A stretch of 64,000 bases of DNA from NCBI GenBank assembly GCA_013359225.1, contig JABWCG010000001.1, positions 6,410-70,409 on the forward strand, given 5' to 3'. The DNA comes from Candidatus Buchananbacteria bacterium. Lineage in GTDB: Bacteria; Patescibacteriota; Patescibacteriia; Buchananbacterales; UBA6539. The notes under the pieces were generated by a model. That model was not told where the DNA came from, made no database searches, and was given only the letters and a program-made list of their open reading frames with translations. The translations under genes were made by a program, and so were the position numbers. How positions within the stretch are numbered: the first letter of the stretch is position 1; the number at the start of each line of letters is the position of its first letter. Shown here piece by piece: positions 1 to 9,703 of this stretch.

Positions 1-15
1 GCAAGGAGACTGAGT

Positions 16-756
16 ATGGGATTGCCGACATTTTTGTCCAAAGTTGGTTTGCCTTCTACCGAGGCAGAAACGGTCGCGTTGTTGCGCTGCGACGAGGTCA
101 GCGAAGTGCGCTGTTTCGTTTTGGGGCCGCGCAAAATCAGCAACATTCCGCAAGCCTGTGAATTGTGGTTGCGCCAAAACGGCCTTGAAGATAAAGCGCA
201 ATTGGTGATTGGGGAGCGTCCCGACCACTATCTGCTCGAGGCTCAAGCGGTTCATGAACCAGGCGTCGTGCCGGTGTTTTGGACCTGTGCGGTCTACGGC
301 AAGGAGAAGGAACTCTTCTTCGGCGATGCCGTCAACACCCACATGTTCTTGTTTTCACAGGTGATGCCGCTGGATCACATGCAGCTTGCCTGCCTGCCAG
401 GAAAGCTGACTTTGGAAGCTGTTCGTACAATTTGTGATCTTGAACTGCTTCCGGGCCACTGGAAACGCTTGGCGTCGCATCCGTCGCCCAAACCGCTCTT
501 GAACGGCTTGCTGGATCATAATCCGCAGACGACGTGGGTTGAAGCCAACTCCAATGGTTTTGCCGCTGAAATGGTCAAGTCGGGTCAGGCTGATGCTTGC
601 ATCACGACCGAAACTGCACGTCTGGAACAGGGTCTGGAACGCCTCCACGATTTTGGGACGCCGGACATGGTGTTTTTCGGCGGCGTCACCAAGCATGGTG
701 TTGAGCTTCTCAAGCGCGTTCACGAGTCGTTGTCGCTGGCAACAATTGGTTTTTGA
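16..756 (+). CDS. Prephenate-dehydratase-like (periplasmic-binding-fold) domain protein; divergent and GC-rich
   Basis: Shine-Dalgarno AGGAGA lies upstream of the ATG at 16. Motifs resemble the prephenate dehydratase catalytic fold (GVVPV; SHPSP in place of SHPQA; a C-terminal ADACITTETARLEQGLERL block matching the AAIas..AAelYgL pattern). There is no ACT domain. GC content is clearly higher than the neighbouring genes. Confidence 0.4.
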   Translation: MGLPTFLSKVGLPSTEAETVALLRCDEVSEVRCFVLGPRKISNIPQACELWLRQNGLEDKAQLVIGERPDHYLLEAQAVHEPGVVPVFWTCAVYGKEKELFFGDAVNTHMFLFSQVMPLDHMQLACLPGKLTLEAVRTICDLELLPGHWKRLASHPSPKPLLNGLLDHNPQTTWVEANSNGFAAEMVKSGQADACITTETARLEQGLERLHDFGTPDMVFFGGVTKHGVELLKRVHESLSLATIGF

Positions 757-786
757 CGAACAACAGTTCGAGACAAAAAGGAATCT

Positions 787-2313
787 ATGATTAATGCAAT
801 CATCGGAGCGTCGGGAGACATGGGAAAAAATCTTCTGACACCTCTACTCAAAAATTTAGGAGAAGTTCGCACGGTTAGCCGTGACGCTTCAACCCAGGAA
901 TGGGATCAGGTTTGGCAGGCCGATGTCATTTGGCTTGCGATACCTCGCGATGAGATCTCCAAAGTTTTGAGTGGCATTACGCTCCGACCTGATCAGCTGG
1001 TCATAGATATCTGTAGCATTAAGCGGCGTCTGGCTGAGACAGTTAAACAGACTGGCGCCGCTTCTCTTTCTTTACATCCTTTAAACGGTCCGCGTGTGCC
1101 GCTCAATGGTCAGAAATGGGTGATGATTAATGCGGATGAAGTATTATCCGTTAATGGCAACGCTCAAAAAATTATTCATTATCTAAAAGAGCAGGGTATT
1201 AGCTTTTTGCCGGCAAATTCTGAAGATGAGCACGATTTCATGATCGGTGTTGTCCTATCAATGCCGGAATTATTAACCATCGTCATTGATGCTTTGATCA
1301 GTCAGTATGCTAAAGATTGTCATCAACCAACACCGGATATGGCAAAACTGATGGAATGGGCAGTGCCGGCTTCAAACGCCTTGTTCAGTTCGTATGTTCA
1401 CTCAATCAATAGTTCGGCGGAATGGCTGCGGACTGATTTGATTACTAACGCTCACGGTGACTTGGCCGCTAGTGCCGCTGCCGCATTTGAAAAATTAAAT
1501 CATCTAACAAACCAACAGGTTGAAGAAAAAATTAAACACCAGCATGAAGTAGTGGCTCGGTTGCCGAAACTGGAACGCCAACGCATCCGACAGTGGATTG
1601 AGCGCTGGTTTGTTGATTCAACCCAAAAGGTTTTTTCTTTTCATAAAAATATTCCGATGAAACCAAAACTTAATATTCAATATCTTGACTCTGACAAGTC
1701 AAAAATCTTTCCCGTCAATCAGTCCGGCCGCGTCACGGTTGGTATTCATGGCATTGCCGGCTGCTTCACTCACGAGTCGGCTCTGCGGTTAGCTGAGGAG
1801 TTGGGGATTAATCCGGCAAAATTAGATTTGAAATTTTTAGTCGAAGCCCAGCGGGTTATTGCGGCTGTGGTGAACGGTGAAACCGACCGAGGGGTGTTCG
1901 CAATGGCCAACTCCGGATCCGGCGCGTATGTTTCAAGTATGCATGCAATGGGCAGTAACCAGTTTGATGTTCTGGCAATTTATGGCATGGAAATTCTGCA
2001 ATGTTTAATTACTGACCCGTCAATCAAAGATGTTAGTGAAATTAAAGAAGTGTTTGGCCATCCGCAGGCAGTCAGCCAGTGTAAGCGCACCTTCGCCGAG
2101 AAATATCCCGACATCAAGCTGACCGAAGGCAAAGACAGCGATGATACGGCGCTCTGCGTCAAGATGATTGCTGAGCATCAGTTACCGCCAACAACAGCGA
2201 CACTTGCTTCTCAGGAAGCGGCCCGTATTTATCAGCTGCCAATTATTGAATATGGTATGCACCATGATCCGTTCAACACAACGACATTCTTGGTAATCAA
2301 GAAAAAAGAATAG
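787..2313 (+). CDS. Bifunctional prephenate dehydrogenase (TyrA-like N-terminal half) / prephenate dehydratase (C-terminal half) fusion, lacking an ACT domain
   Basis: The N-terminal half has a Rossmann motif IIGASGDMGKNL and the TyrA-like motifs ICSIK and LHPLNGPR. The C-terminal half has prephenate dehydratase signatures GHPQAVSQCKRTF (the SHPQALaQC motif) and NTTTFLVI (the N.TRFlvl motif). Confidence 0.6.
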   Translation: MINAIIGASGDMGKNLLTPLLKNLGEVRTVSRDASTQEWDQVWQADVIWLAIPRDEISKVLSGITLRPDQLVIDICSIKRRLAETVKQTGAASLSLHPLNGPRVPLNGQKWVMINADEVLSVNGNAQKIIHYLKEQGISFLPANSEDEHDFMIGVVLSMPELLTIVIDALISQYAKDCHQPTPDMAKLMEWAVPASNALFSSYVHSINSSAEWLRTDLITNAHGDLAASAAAAFEKLNHLTNQQVEEKIKHQHEVVARLPKLERQRIRQWIERWFVDSTQKVFSFHKNIPMKPKLNIQYLDSDKSKIFPVNQSGRVTVGIHGIAGCFTHESALRLAEELGINPAKLDLKFLVEAQRVIAAVVNGETDRGVFAMANSGSGAYVSSMHAMGSNQFDVLAIYGMEILQCLITDPSIKDVSEIKEVFGHPQAVSQCKRTFAEKYPDIKLTEGKDSDDTALCVKMIAEHQLPPTTATLASQEAARIYQLPIIEYGMHHDPFNTTTFLVIKKKE

Positions 2314-2336
2314 CCGCGACAAGGAGGGCTTGTTTC

Positions 2337-2528
2337 ATGGCAGGAACTTTGTGGATTAATGTTGATTCGGCGTCAGCCGATACTTTGGCCGATGTCGCCA
2401 GAAAGCTTTTTCCCGAATTAGAGATTCGGGTTACCAATCATGGTGACGTCAGTTGGCTGGCGGTAAGGGGCAACGGTCAGGTTGACGATCTTCGCTCTTT
2501 CTTAAAAGGCGTCAAATCAATTCGTTGA
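2337..2528 (+). CDS. Small hypothetical protein; possibly a stand-alone ACT-like regulatory domain
   Basis: Ribosome-binding site AAGGAGGG is upstream. The alternating hydrophobic/amphipathic pattern fits a beta-alpha-beta-beta-alpha-beta fold. Its position directly after the dehydratase that lacks an ACT domain is suggestive. Confidence 0.35.
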   Translation: MAGTLWINVDSASADTLADVARKLFPELEIRVTNHGDVSWLAVRGNGQVDDLRSFLKGVKSIR

Positions 2529-2579
2529 TTTGGTTTTTAGGGCATTTTTTCGTTTTTTTGCGGAAAAGTGCTTTTTATT

Positions 2580-2609
2580 TTGACACAGCAAAACTTCTAG
2601 TGATAAAAT
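2580..2609 (+). promoter_or_regulatory. Sigma-70-like promoter (TTGACA, 18-nt spacer, extended -10 TGaTAAAAT)
   Basis: An exact -35 hexamer and an extended -10 element can be read directly in the sequence. Confidence 0.5.
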
Positions 2610-2615
2610 AACAAT

Positions 2616-2869
2616 GAACTTCACTTCTATAGTTGGTAAAAGTTTTGGGACAAACTTCATACGTAGGGCTACAATATCGACTGCAACCTTTGGGTTGATC
2701 AGTCTGAGTGCTCCAAAGCCAAACGCGACAAGCCAAACGTTCAGCTGTCTAGAAATAGATGTCTGCAATAGGGCGGCGAGTCGACACGGCGGGCTTGTTT
2801 CAAGCCAAATCTTTTATCAATTATAAGTGGAGTTCACTATTAAAAACCTGTTTGCAGGTTTGTTTTTTT
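2616..2869 (+). ncRNA. Candidate small RNA (or leaderless small ORF) unit, bounded by the promoter at 2580 and an intrinsic terminator at about 2845-2869
   Basis: The promoter sits immediately upstream and a hairpin AACCTG/CAGGTT followed by a T-run ends the unit. The only ORF inside (2614-2826, 70 aa) has no ribosome-binding site and starts at the predicted transcription start. By eye there is no RNase P, tmRNA or SRP motif. Confidence 0.3.
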
Positions 2870-2895
2870 AGGGGTAAGATGAAAGCGAACTTTAT

Positions 2896-2972
2896 CGGGC
2901 TGTAGCGCAGTTGGCTAGCGCGTACGCATGGGGTGCGTGAGGTCGCGGGTTCAAGTCCCGCCAGCCCGACCA
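2896..2972 (+). tRNA. tRNA-Pro (anticodon GGG)
   Basis: A cloverleaf can be drawn by hand with a 7-bp acceptor stem, D-arm, anticodon loop AUGGGGU, T-loop GGTTCAAGTCC, discriminator A and an encoded CCA. Confidence 0.85.
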
Positions 2973-2993
2973 AACATAATTAATCAAAAAAAT

Positions 2994-3227
2994 ATGAAAA
3001 ATATCATTTTGACGCAATTTATTGTTTTGCTCGGCGGTACGATTTTTGCCTGGTTTAATTTTTTCCGCGAGTTGGCTAGTTATTTACGTAATGAGGCGTG
3101 CCAAACCGGCTGTGCCGTGGGAGTAGTTAACCCGATTTATACCCCTTGTTTTTATGGTGCCATATTTTTTCTTATGGCGTTGATTTTAAGTTTTATCATT
3201 TTGACTGCTTCAGCCAGGAAAGGATAA
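2994..3227 (+). CDS. Small hypothetical membrane protein containing CxxxC
   Basis: The ORF was trimmed to the first ATG downstream of the tRNA. It has two hydrophobic segments and a CQTGC motif. Confidence 0.4.
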   Translation: MKNIILTQFIVLLGGTIFAWFNFFRELASYLRNEACQTGCAVGVVNPIYTPCFYGAIFFLMALILSFIILTASARKG

Positions 3228-3234
3228 AAAACGT

Positions 3235-3837
3235 ATGTCTAAATTTCCGTACCCGGAAAATCCGGCGCCAACCGATGCCCAGCTGCTTTCGGCGATCAAG
3301 CGTCGTTGGAGTCCGTTGGCGTTTTCGTCTGAGCCAATTGAAGCCGAAAAAATTACGGCATTGTTTGAGGCGATGCGCTGGACCCAGTCATCCCGCAATG
3401 AACAGCCGTGGCGAATTATTTACGCCACTAAAGATGATGGCGAGATTTTTGACCAGCTGGCTTCGTTGTTAACACAAGATAATGGCTACCTCAAAGACGC
3501 GTATATGTTGATGCTGGTTTGTGCGGTTCAAAATTTCGCCTATAAAAATTTGCCGAACCGAATGCATCAGTATGATACTGGTGCCGCCGCGCACGCCCTG
3601 TTTTTGCAAGCTGTTGACATGGGGTTAGTTGCTCATGAGGTGGGTGGTTTTGATAAAGAAAAACCCTATGAGTTGTTTAAGATACCAAAAGAGGTGTCGT
3701 TATTGGTGATGATGGGTGTTGGGTATCCGGGTGATGAAAGTAAGGTGGATCCGGCATTACTCAAAAAACGCTATGAAAATTCCCGAGTTCGTCGCAGCGT
3801 AACCGATTTTGCCTTTCGGGGCAAATGGTTAGCATAA
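3235..3837 (+). CDS. Nitroreductase-family protein
   Basis: The RRSPLAF motif corresponds to the nitroreductase RRS.R.F signature, and the length and overall pattern fit an FMN-dependent nitroreductase. Confidence 0.6.
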   Translation: MSKFPYPENPAPTDAQLLSAIKRRWSPLAFSSEPIEAEKITALFEAMRWTQSSRNEQPWRIIYATKDDGEIFDQLASLLTQDNGYLKDAYMLMLVCAVQNFAYKNLPNRMHQYDTGAAAHALFLQAVDMGLVAHEVGGFDKEKPYELFKIPKEVSLLVMMGVGYPGDESKVDPALLKKRYENSRVRRSVTDFAFRGKWLA

Positions 3838-3850
3838 ATTTTTCCAAATA

Positions 3851-3903
3851 AAAAACTAAGTAGTGCCACCACTAAGTTAGGGGAGGTGACTACTTAGTTT
3901 TTT
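3851..3903. terminator. Bidirectional intrinsic terminator between the nitroreductase (+) and rpmB (-)
   Basis: An 11-bp stem AACTAAGTAGT/ACTACTTAGTT is flanked by an A-run on one side and a T-run on the other. Confidence 0.5.
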
Positions 3904-4066
3904 GTTTTGCTAGAGTTTTGATACAGCGAGTGCAAATCAAACGTCGGACAGCGCCAATTTTTCGGCTCTGCAAATTGAGCTTTTGGCGGCGGATAGTTTT
4001 GATATTGGAATGGCTGACGTTGTTGCCTTTCAGGGGTTCTCGCTTGCACAAGTAACACATTGCCAT
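3890..4066 (-). CDS. rpmB: 50S ribosomal protein L28 (Cys-containing form)
   Basis: The motif GNNVSHSNIKTIRRQKLNLQ matches the conserved L28 GNN.SH core, and CxxC...CxxC is present. The start codon is ambiguous (alternatives at 4090, 4066 or 4060). Confidence 0.65.
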   Translation of the reverse strand: MAMCYLCKREPLKGNNVSHSNIKTIRRQKLNLQSRKIGAVRRLICTRCIKTLAKQKTK

Positions 4067-4151
4067 ACAAAAAAATAACTTAATAATCAATGAAAGCAGT
4101 ATAGCAAAATAGGTTTAAAAAATCAAGCCTCTGTGGTATGATAGTAAAACT

Positions 4152-4802
4152 ATGGAACCGTTAATTTTCATTATTTTTATTGTCACCTTTATTGGCAGCG
4201 TTATTTTGCACGAGATTGCCCATGGTTTCGTGGCCTATAAATTTGGCGATGATACGGCTAAAATTTCTGGTCGATTATCGCTTAATCCAATTGTTCATAT
4301 TGACCCGGTTGGTTCAATTTTAGTGCCGTTAATGTTGTATGTTTCCAGTGCCGGTTTTCTGTTTGGTTGGGCTAAACCTGTGCCGGTTAACCCGCTGCGA
4401 CTCAATAACCAGCCTTTATCTTACCGACTGGTTTCAGCGGCTGGGGTTGTCACTAATTTAGTCTTAGCTATTGTTTCGGCAATCGTCATTAAGATTACCA
4501 CCCAGTATTTGGGCATTGGTTTCAATAATGTAGGAGTGATATTTTTTAGCTCAATGATGCAAATTAATATCGTTTTGGCGATTTTTAATATGTTGCCGTT
4601 GCCGGGGTTTGACGGCTGGAATTTCTTGGGAACTTTTCGTCCGATTGCTATTTTGATGAACCAAACGCCGTTGGCCAACCCGATTTTTATGGCTCAGTAC
4701 GGTTTGGTGATTTCTATTGCACTTTTGTTTATTTTGATGCCTGTTATCAGTTTATTATTTAACTATATTTTTGGCTTATTTATAACAATTTTTGGCTTAT
4801 AA
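4152..4802 (+). CDS. Site-2 protease family (M50-like) zinc metalloprotease, membrane-bound
   Basis: HEIAHG (an HExxH motif) lies in the first transmembrane helix, and the protein is polytopic and hydrophobic. Confidence 0.6.
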   Translation: MEPLIFIIFIVTFIGSVILHEIAHGFVAYKFGDDTAKISGRLSLNPIVHIDPVGSILVPLMLYVSSAGFLFGWAKPVPVNPLRLNNQPLSYRLVSAAGVVTNLVLAIVSAIVIKITTQYLGIGFNNVGVIFFSSMMQINIVLAIFNMLPLPGFDGWNFLGTFRPIAILMNQTPLANPIFMAQYGLVISIALLFILMPVISLLFNYIFGLFITIFGL

Positions 4803-4811
4803 CCAAAAGTA

Positions 4812-4840
4812 TTGACTTATTGAATATTTTTCGTTAATAT
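4812..4840 (+). promoter_or_regulatory. Promoter of the str operon (TTGACT, 17-nt spacer, TAATAT), followed by a leader hairpin at about 4860-4885
   Basis: The hexamers are read directly. The hairpin CTGCCTATAGGCAG followed by GTTTTT lies between the promoter and rpsL. Confidence 0.45.
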
Positions 4841-4902
4841 ATCTCGTGTACAAGCTCAAACTGCCTTATAGGCAGGTTTTTAAGACTTCTAAAAGGTAAA
4901 AA

Positions 4903-5331
4903 ATGCCTACAATTAGCCAATTAATCAGAAAAAAGCGAAAGAGTAAAGCCAAAAAGAGTAAGACTCCTGGTCTTCGTGTTGTTTCAAACACTTTGCGCCG
5001 AACTAAAAAAGACATGCCAAAAGGCTCAGCCTTTAAGCGTGGCGTTTGTTTGAAAGTGACAACCATGACCCCTAAAAAACCTAACTCAGCGTTGCGCAAA
5101 ATCGCCAGGGTTCGGCTTTCAAATGGTATGGAAGTCACTGCGTATATTCCGGGTGAAGGCCATAATTTGCAGGAACACTCAGTAGTTTTGTTGCGCGGCG
5201 GTCGTGTGAAAGATTTGCCTGGTGTTCGCTATCATATTGTTCGCGGCGTGTATGACACTGCCGGCGTTCAGGGCCGACAGCAGGGTCGCAGTCTTTATGG
5301 TGCTAAAAAATCCGCTCCCGCCAGCAAATAA
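4903..5331 (+). CDS. rpsL: 30S ribosomal protein S12
   Basis: The PTISQLIRK start and the [10 protein letters not shown] motif are characteristic of S12. Confidence 0.95.
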   Translation: MPTISQLIRKKRKSKAKKSKTPGLRVVSNTLRRTKKDMPKGSAFKRGVCLKVTTMTPKKPNSALRKIARVRLSNGMEVTAYIPGEGHNLQEHSVVLLRGGRVKDLPGVRYHIVRGVYDTAGVQGRQQGRSLYGAKKSAPASK

Positions 5332-5349
5332 GGCGTAACTATTGAAATT

Positions 5350-5814
5350 ATGCGAGGAAAAACTCCTAAACGAAATATTGAACCAGATCCAAAGTATAAC
5401 AGTATTATTATTGCCCGATTTATTAATCACATCATGCGGCGCGGTAAAAAATCAACCGCACGCCGGGTGGTTTATGATTGTCTTGAAATAATCAAAGAAA
5501 AGACCAAGAAAGATCCGCTTGAAATTTTTGACGGTGCATTAAGAAATGTTGGACCGGAAGTTGAAGTTAAATCAAAACGTATTGGTGGCGGAAACTACCA
5601 GATTCCGGTTGCCGTTGTTGGTGAACGCCGAACAGCGCTGGCTTTCCGTTGGATTACTGCGGCCGCCAAGGCTCGCAAGGGTGCGCCGATGGGTGAAAAG
5701 TTAGCTGATGAAATGATTGCGGCGTTTAATCGTGAAGGTGCTGCTATTAAAAAACGTCAGGATACTTACAAAATGGCCGAAGCCAACCGGGCTTTTGCTC
5801 ATTTTGCCAGATAA
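5350..5814 (+). CDS. rpsG: 30S ribosomal protein S7
   Basis: The S7 sequence pattern is present and the gene sits in the expected position after rpsL. Confidence 0.9.
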   Translation: MRGKTPKRNIEPDPKYNSIIIARFINHIMRRGKKSTARRVVYDCLEIIKEKTKKDPLEIFDGALRNVGPEVEVKSKRIGGGNYQIPVAVVGERRTALAFRWITAAAKARKGAPMGEKLADEMIAAFNREGAAIKKRQDTYKMAEANRAFAHFAR

Positions 5815-5836
5815 TTTTAAAAATTAACCAACACTA

Positions 5837-7936
5837 ATGCCCCGAGAATATCCTCTAGATAAAACCAGAAATATTGGAATTATCGCTCATATCGACGCCG
5901 GTAAGACCACGGTCTCCGAGCGTATTTTGTTTTATACCGGTCGTAAGCATAAGATCGGCGAAGTTCACGAAGGTGCTGCCGAAATGGACTGGATGGAACA
6001 AGAGCGGGAGCGGGGAATCACTATTACTTCAGCCGCCACTACTTGTTTTTGGGCTCCGCGTGGCGAAGAAGATAAAAAATGTCGCATTAACTTGATTGAC
6101 ACCCCAGGCCACATTGACTTTACGGCCGAAGTGCAGCGATCGCTACGCGTGCTTGACGGTGGCGTTATGGTATTTGACGGTGTTGCCGGTGTTGAACCGC
6201 AATCAGAAACTGTTTACCATCAAGCGGAAAAATTTAAAGTGCCGTTGATGGGTTTCATTAATAAGATGGACCGCACCGGTGCTGATTTTTATGCCGACCT
6301 AGACAGTATCCGCGAGCGCTTGACTAAAAACGCTTTTCCGATTCAGTTGCCGATTGGCGCTGAAAGTAATTTCCAGGGCGTGATTGATTTGCTTACCATG
6401 AAAGCGTATGTCTATAAAGATGATTTGGGCCAGCAGATTGACGAAACGGACATTCCGGCTGACATGAAAGAAAAGTCCGAGAAATTCCGCGGCGAATTGG
6501 TTGAAGCCATTGCTTCGCATGATGAAAATTTGATGAATAAGTATTTGAATGGTGAAGAAATTTCCGTTGAAGAATTAAAGCCAGTGTTGCGCAAAGCGAC
6601 GATTGACAGTGCGATCATGCCGGTTTTGGTTGGTTCAGCCTTGAAAAATAAAGGTGTTCAGCGTTTGCTTGACGCGGTTTGTGACTACTTGCCAAGCCCG
6701 CTTGATATTCCGCCGCTCAAGGGTTTTGATCCAAAGCATCCGGAAACTGAAATTATTAAAAAGCCGGATGACGCTGAGCCGTTTGCTGCTTTAGCTTTTA
6801 AAATTGCCGTTGACCCATTTGTCGGAAAACTTTGTTTCTTCCGTGTTTACTCTGGCACGATTTCGGCCGGGTCATATGTGTATAATTCAACTTCAAACAA
6901 ACGAGAACGCATCGGTCGTATTGTCCGAATGCACGCCAATACTCGCGAAGAGGTAAAAGACGTGTATGCCGGTGAAATCGCCGCTGCCGTTGGTTTGAAG
7001 GACACTTTTACCGGACACACTTTGTGTGACGAAAATAATCCGGTGGTTTTGGAATCAATTGAATTTCCTGATCCGGTTATCCGGGTTGCGGTTGAACCAA
7101 AAACCAAGGCTGACCAGGAAAAAATGGGTATTGCGTTGCAGAAGTTAGCTGAAGAAGACCCGACATTCCAGGTCCACGGTGATGAAGAAACGATGCAGAC
7201 GATTATTGCCGGTATGGGTGAATTGCATCTTGAAGTTATTGTTGACCGTATGAAGCGCGAATTTAAGGTGGAAGCAAACGTCGGTAAGCCGCAAGTTGCT
7301 TATAAAGAAACCATTAAATCGGAAGCTGAAGCTGAGGGAAAATACATTCGTCAGTCAGGCGGCCGCGGACAGTTCGGACATTGCTGGGTTAAAGTTGAAC
7401 CACGAAATCGCGGCGAGGGCTTTGAATTTGTTGATGAAATCAAAGGTGGAGTTATTCCTAAAGAATATATTCCGGCTATTCAAAAAGGTATTCGTGAAGC
7501 GATGGATAAAGGTGTTGTTGCCGGCTATCCGTTGATTGATATTAGGGCAACTGTGTATGATGGAAGTTTCCACGAAGTTGACTCATCGGAAGCGGCTTTC
7601 AAAATCGCCGGATCTATGGCGTTTCAGGATGCGGCTAAGCGCGCTAACCCGATTTTGCTTGAACCGATTATGAAAGTGGAAGTCATTACCCCTGAACAGT
7701 ATATGGGAGATGTTATCGGTAACATTAACTCCAAGCGCGGACAGATTGAAGAAATGCGCGAACGCGGACAGTCTAAAGTGATTGACGCTAAAATTCCGTT
7801 GGCCGAAATGTTTGGTTATGCGACGGAACTGCGATCAATGACTCAGGGCCGTGCATCATACAGTATGGAGTTTAATGATTATGCGGAAGTACCCCGCAAT
7901 GTTGCTGAAACAATCAAGGGTGAACGCGGTAAATAA
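5837..7936 (+). CDS. fusA: Elongation factor G
   Basis: The GTPase motifs AHIDAGKTT and DTPGH are present, and all EF-G domains are accounted for over 699 aa. Confidence 0.95.
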   Translation: MPREYPLDKTRNIGIIAHIDAGKTTVSERILFYTGRKHKIGEVHEGAAEMDWMEQERERGITITSAATTCFWAPRGEEDKKCRINLIDTPGHIDFTAEVQRSLRVLDGGVMVFDGVAGVEPQSETVYHQAEKFKVPLMGFINKMDRTGADFYADLDSIRERLTKNAFPIQLPIGAESNFQGVIDLLTMKAYVYKDDLGQQIDETDIPADMKEKSEKFRGELVEAIASHDENLMNKYLNGEEISVEELKPVLRKATIDSAIMPVLVGSALKNKGVQRLLDAVCDYLPSPLDIPPLKGFDPKHPETEIIKKPDDAEPFAALAFKIAVDPFVGKLCFFRVYSGTISAGSYVYNSTSNKRERIGRIVRMHANTREEVKDVYAGEIAAAVGLKDTFTGHTLCDENNPVVLESIEFPDPVIRVAVEPKTKADQEKMGIALQKLAEEDPTFQVHGDEETMQTIIAGMGELHLEVIVDRMKREFKVEANVGKPQVAYKETIKSEAEAEGKYIRQSGGRGQFGHCWVKVEPRNRGEGFEFVDEIKGGVIPKEYIPAIQKGIREAMDKGVVAGYPLIDIRATVYDGSFHEVDSSEAAFKIAGSMAFQDAAKRANPILLEPIMKVEVITPEQYMGDVIGNINSKRGQIEEMRERGQSKVIDAKIPLAEMFGYATELRSMTQGRASYSMEFNDYAEVPRNVAETIKGERGK

Positions 7937-7975
7937 CGGCCAAGAGGGGTTAGGGTTAAACTAATTAGTTTACTT

Positions 7976-8347
7976 ATGCCAAATTCCTTGCAAAAAATTA
8001 TCGATTTAATCAAGCAGACAGGGGATAATTGCATTGTTTTGGACCACGAAGGCAACCCGGCATATGTCTTAATGACTTTGGCTGACTACCAAAAAATGGT
8101 GATCGGCCGCGCCGAGGTCGCTGGTTTGAGCGAAGAGGAATTAATTGATAAGATTAACCGTGACATTGCTTCATGGAAAGCCAGCTCTCAGCAAGAGGAA
8201 ATTGATAACTGGCAGGCCGTTACTGCAGCAATTGACAGCATTACTACCGTTACCGATAAAAATTTGCTAAACAAAGCCAAAATAAATCAGGAAGCAGATG
8301 CTCAGTCGTCAGATGAAAATAAGTACTATTTTGAGCCGGTTGACTAG
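7976..8347 (+). CDS. Hypothetical protein with a Phd/YefM-like N-terminal segment and an acidic C-terminus
   Basis: The segment IVLDHEGNPAYVLMTLADYQKM resembles the antitoxin-fold core. No toxin partner is adjacent. Confidence 0.3.
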   Translation: MPNSLQKIIDLIKQTGDNCIVLDHEGNPAYVLMTLADYQKMVIGRAEVAGLSEEELIDKINRDIASWKASSQQEEIDNWQAVTAAIDSITTVTDKNLLNKAKINQEADAQSSDENKYYFEPVD

Positions 8348-8349
8348 TA

Positions 8350-8377
8350 TTGACAATAAGCAATTATTTGTTATATA
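8350..8377 (+). promoter_or_regulatory. Putative tuf promoter (TTGACA, 16-nt spacer, TATATA), followed by a structured leader at about 8390-8490
   Basis: The hexamers are read directly. The leader contains nested inverted repeats AGCGATC...GATCGCT and GCTTTG...CAAAGC. Confidence 0.4.
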
Positions 8378-8503
8378 CTCATAAGTGCTTTGTTTCTTTT
8401 AAAGAAACCTTTTAATTTTAATAATTAAACAATAGCGATCCGCTTTGATTCCTTCGCAAAGCTGGCTGACAAAAGATCGCTTTAAAGAAGGAAAAAATAT
8501 ACT

Positions 8504-9694
8504 ATGGCAGATAAATTTGAACGAAGTAAGCCGCATTTAAACGTCGGTACAATTGGTCACGTTGACCACGGTAAGACCACTTTGACCGCCGCCCTTTTGA
8601 CATACTTAAATGCCAAGGGAATGAAGGCCACTCAGCGATCAGTCGATCAGATCGACAGCGCTCCGGAAGAAAAGGCTCGTGGTATTACTATTGCCACTGC
8701 CCACGTTGAATACGAATCAGACACCAGACACTATGCTCACATTGACTGTCCTGGTCACGCTGACTACGTTAAAAACATGGTTACCGGTGCCGCTCAGATG
8801 GACGGTGCGATTTTGGTTGTTGCCGCTACCGACGGTCCAATGCCTCAGACCCGCGAGCACATTTTGCTTGCTCGTCAGGTTGGCGTACCAGCCATGGTAG
8901 TATTTTTGAATAAAGTTGATCAGGTTAAAGACCCTGAATTAATTGACTTGGTTGAAGAAGAGGTTCGCGATTTGTTGAAGAAATATGAATTCCCTGGCGA
9001 TGAGATCCCAGTGGTTCGCGGTTCAGCTTTGAAAGCTTTGGAAAATCCAACTGATGCTGAAGCTACCAAGTGTCTTGAAGATTTGGTTAAGGCGATTGAC
9101 ACCTATATCCCAGAACCAGTTCGAGACGTTGATAAACCTTTCTTGATGCCGATTGAAGATATCTTCTCAATCGAAGGTCGCGGTACTGTTGCTACCGGTC
9201 GTATTGAACGCGGCGTCTTGAAATTGAACGATGAAGTTGAAATTGTCGGTCTGCGCGACACCCAAAAGACTGTCGTTACCGGCATTGAAATGTTCAACAA
9301 ATCACTGGACGAAGGTCGCGCTGGTGATAACGCTGGTATTTTGCTTCGCGGTACCAAAAAGGATGATATTGAGCGTGGTCAGGTTATGGCCAAGCCTGGT
9401 AGCATCACCCCACATACCGAATACGAAGCTCAGGTATATATCTTGAGCAAAGAAGAAGGCGGACGACACAGTCCTTTCTTCAAGGGGTACAAGCCACAGT
9501 TCTACATTGGAACTGCAGACGTTACCGGTGAAGTAATTTTGCCAGAAGGTACTGAAATGGTTATGCCTGGTGATACCATTAAATTGGTCATCAAGTTGAT
9601 TAAACCGGTTGCTTTGGAAGAAAAACAGCGCTTTGCTATCCGCGAAGGCGGACGAACAATTGGTGCTGGTTCAGTAACTAAGATTATTAAGTAA
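8504..9694 (+). CDS. tuf: Elongation factor Tu
   Basis: The GHVDHGKTT motif is present and the remaining EF-Tu domains II and III (aa ~200-396) follow as expected. Confidence 0.97.
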   Translation: MADKFERSKPHLNVGTIGHVDHGKTTLTAALLTYLNAKGMKATQRSVDQIDSAPEEKARGITIATAHVEYESDTRHYAHIDCPGHADYVKNMVTGAAQMDGAILVVAATDGPMPQTREHILLARQVGVPAMVVFLNKVDQVKDPELIDLVEEEVRDLLKKYEFPGDEIPVVRGSALKALENPTDAEATKCLEDLVKAIDTYIPEPVRDVDKPFLMPIEDIFSIEGRGTVATGRIERGVLKLNDEVEIVGLRDTQKTVVTGIEMFNKSLDEGRAGDNAGILLRGTKKDDIERGQVMAKPGSITPHTEYEAQVYILSKEEGGRHSPFFKGYKPQFYIGTADVTGEVILPEGTEMVMPGDTIKLVIKLIKPVALEEKQRFAIREGGRTIGAGSVTKIIK

Positions 9695-9703
9695 TGTTAT
9701 AAA

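Noticed and set aside
2616-2869. RNase P RNA, tmRNA or SRP RNA identity for the candidate small RNA (and for 37372-37520)
   Set aside because: The conserved motifs were not found by eye: GGAAAGTCCGGGC for RNase P, a tRNA-like 3-prime end with a tag reading frame for tmRNA, and the AGGAAGCAGCC helix-8 motif for SRP. The identity is left open rather than asserted.
2928-2993. The N-terminal part of ORF 2928-3227 (MGCVRSRVQVPPARPN...)
   Set aside because: It overlaps the anticodon and T arms of tRNA-Pro. The coding region was trimmed to start at the ATG at 2994.
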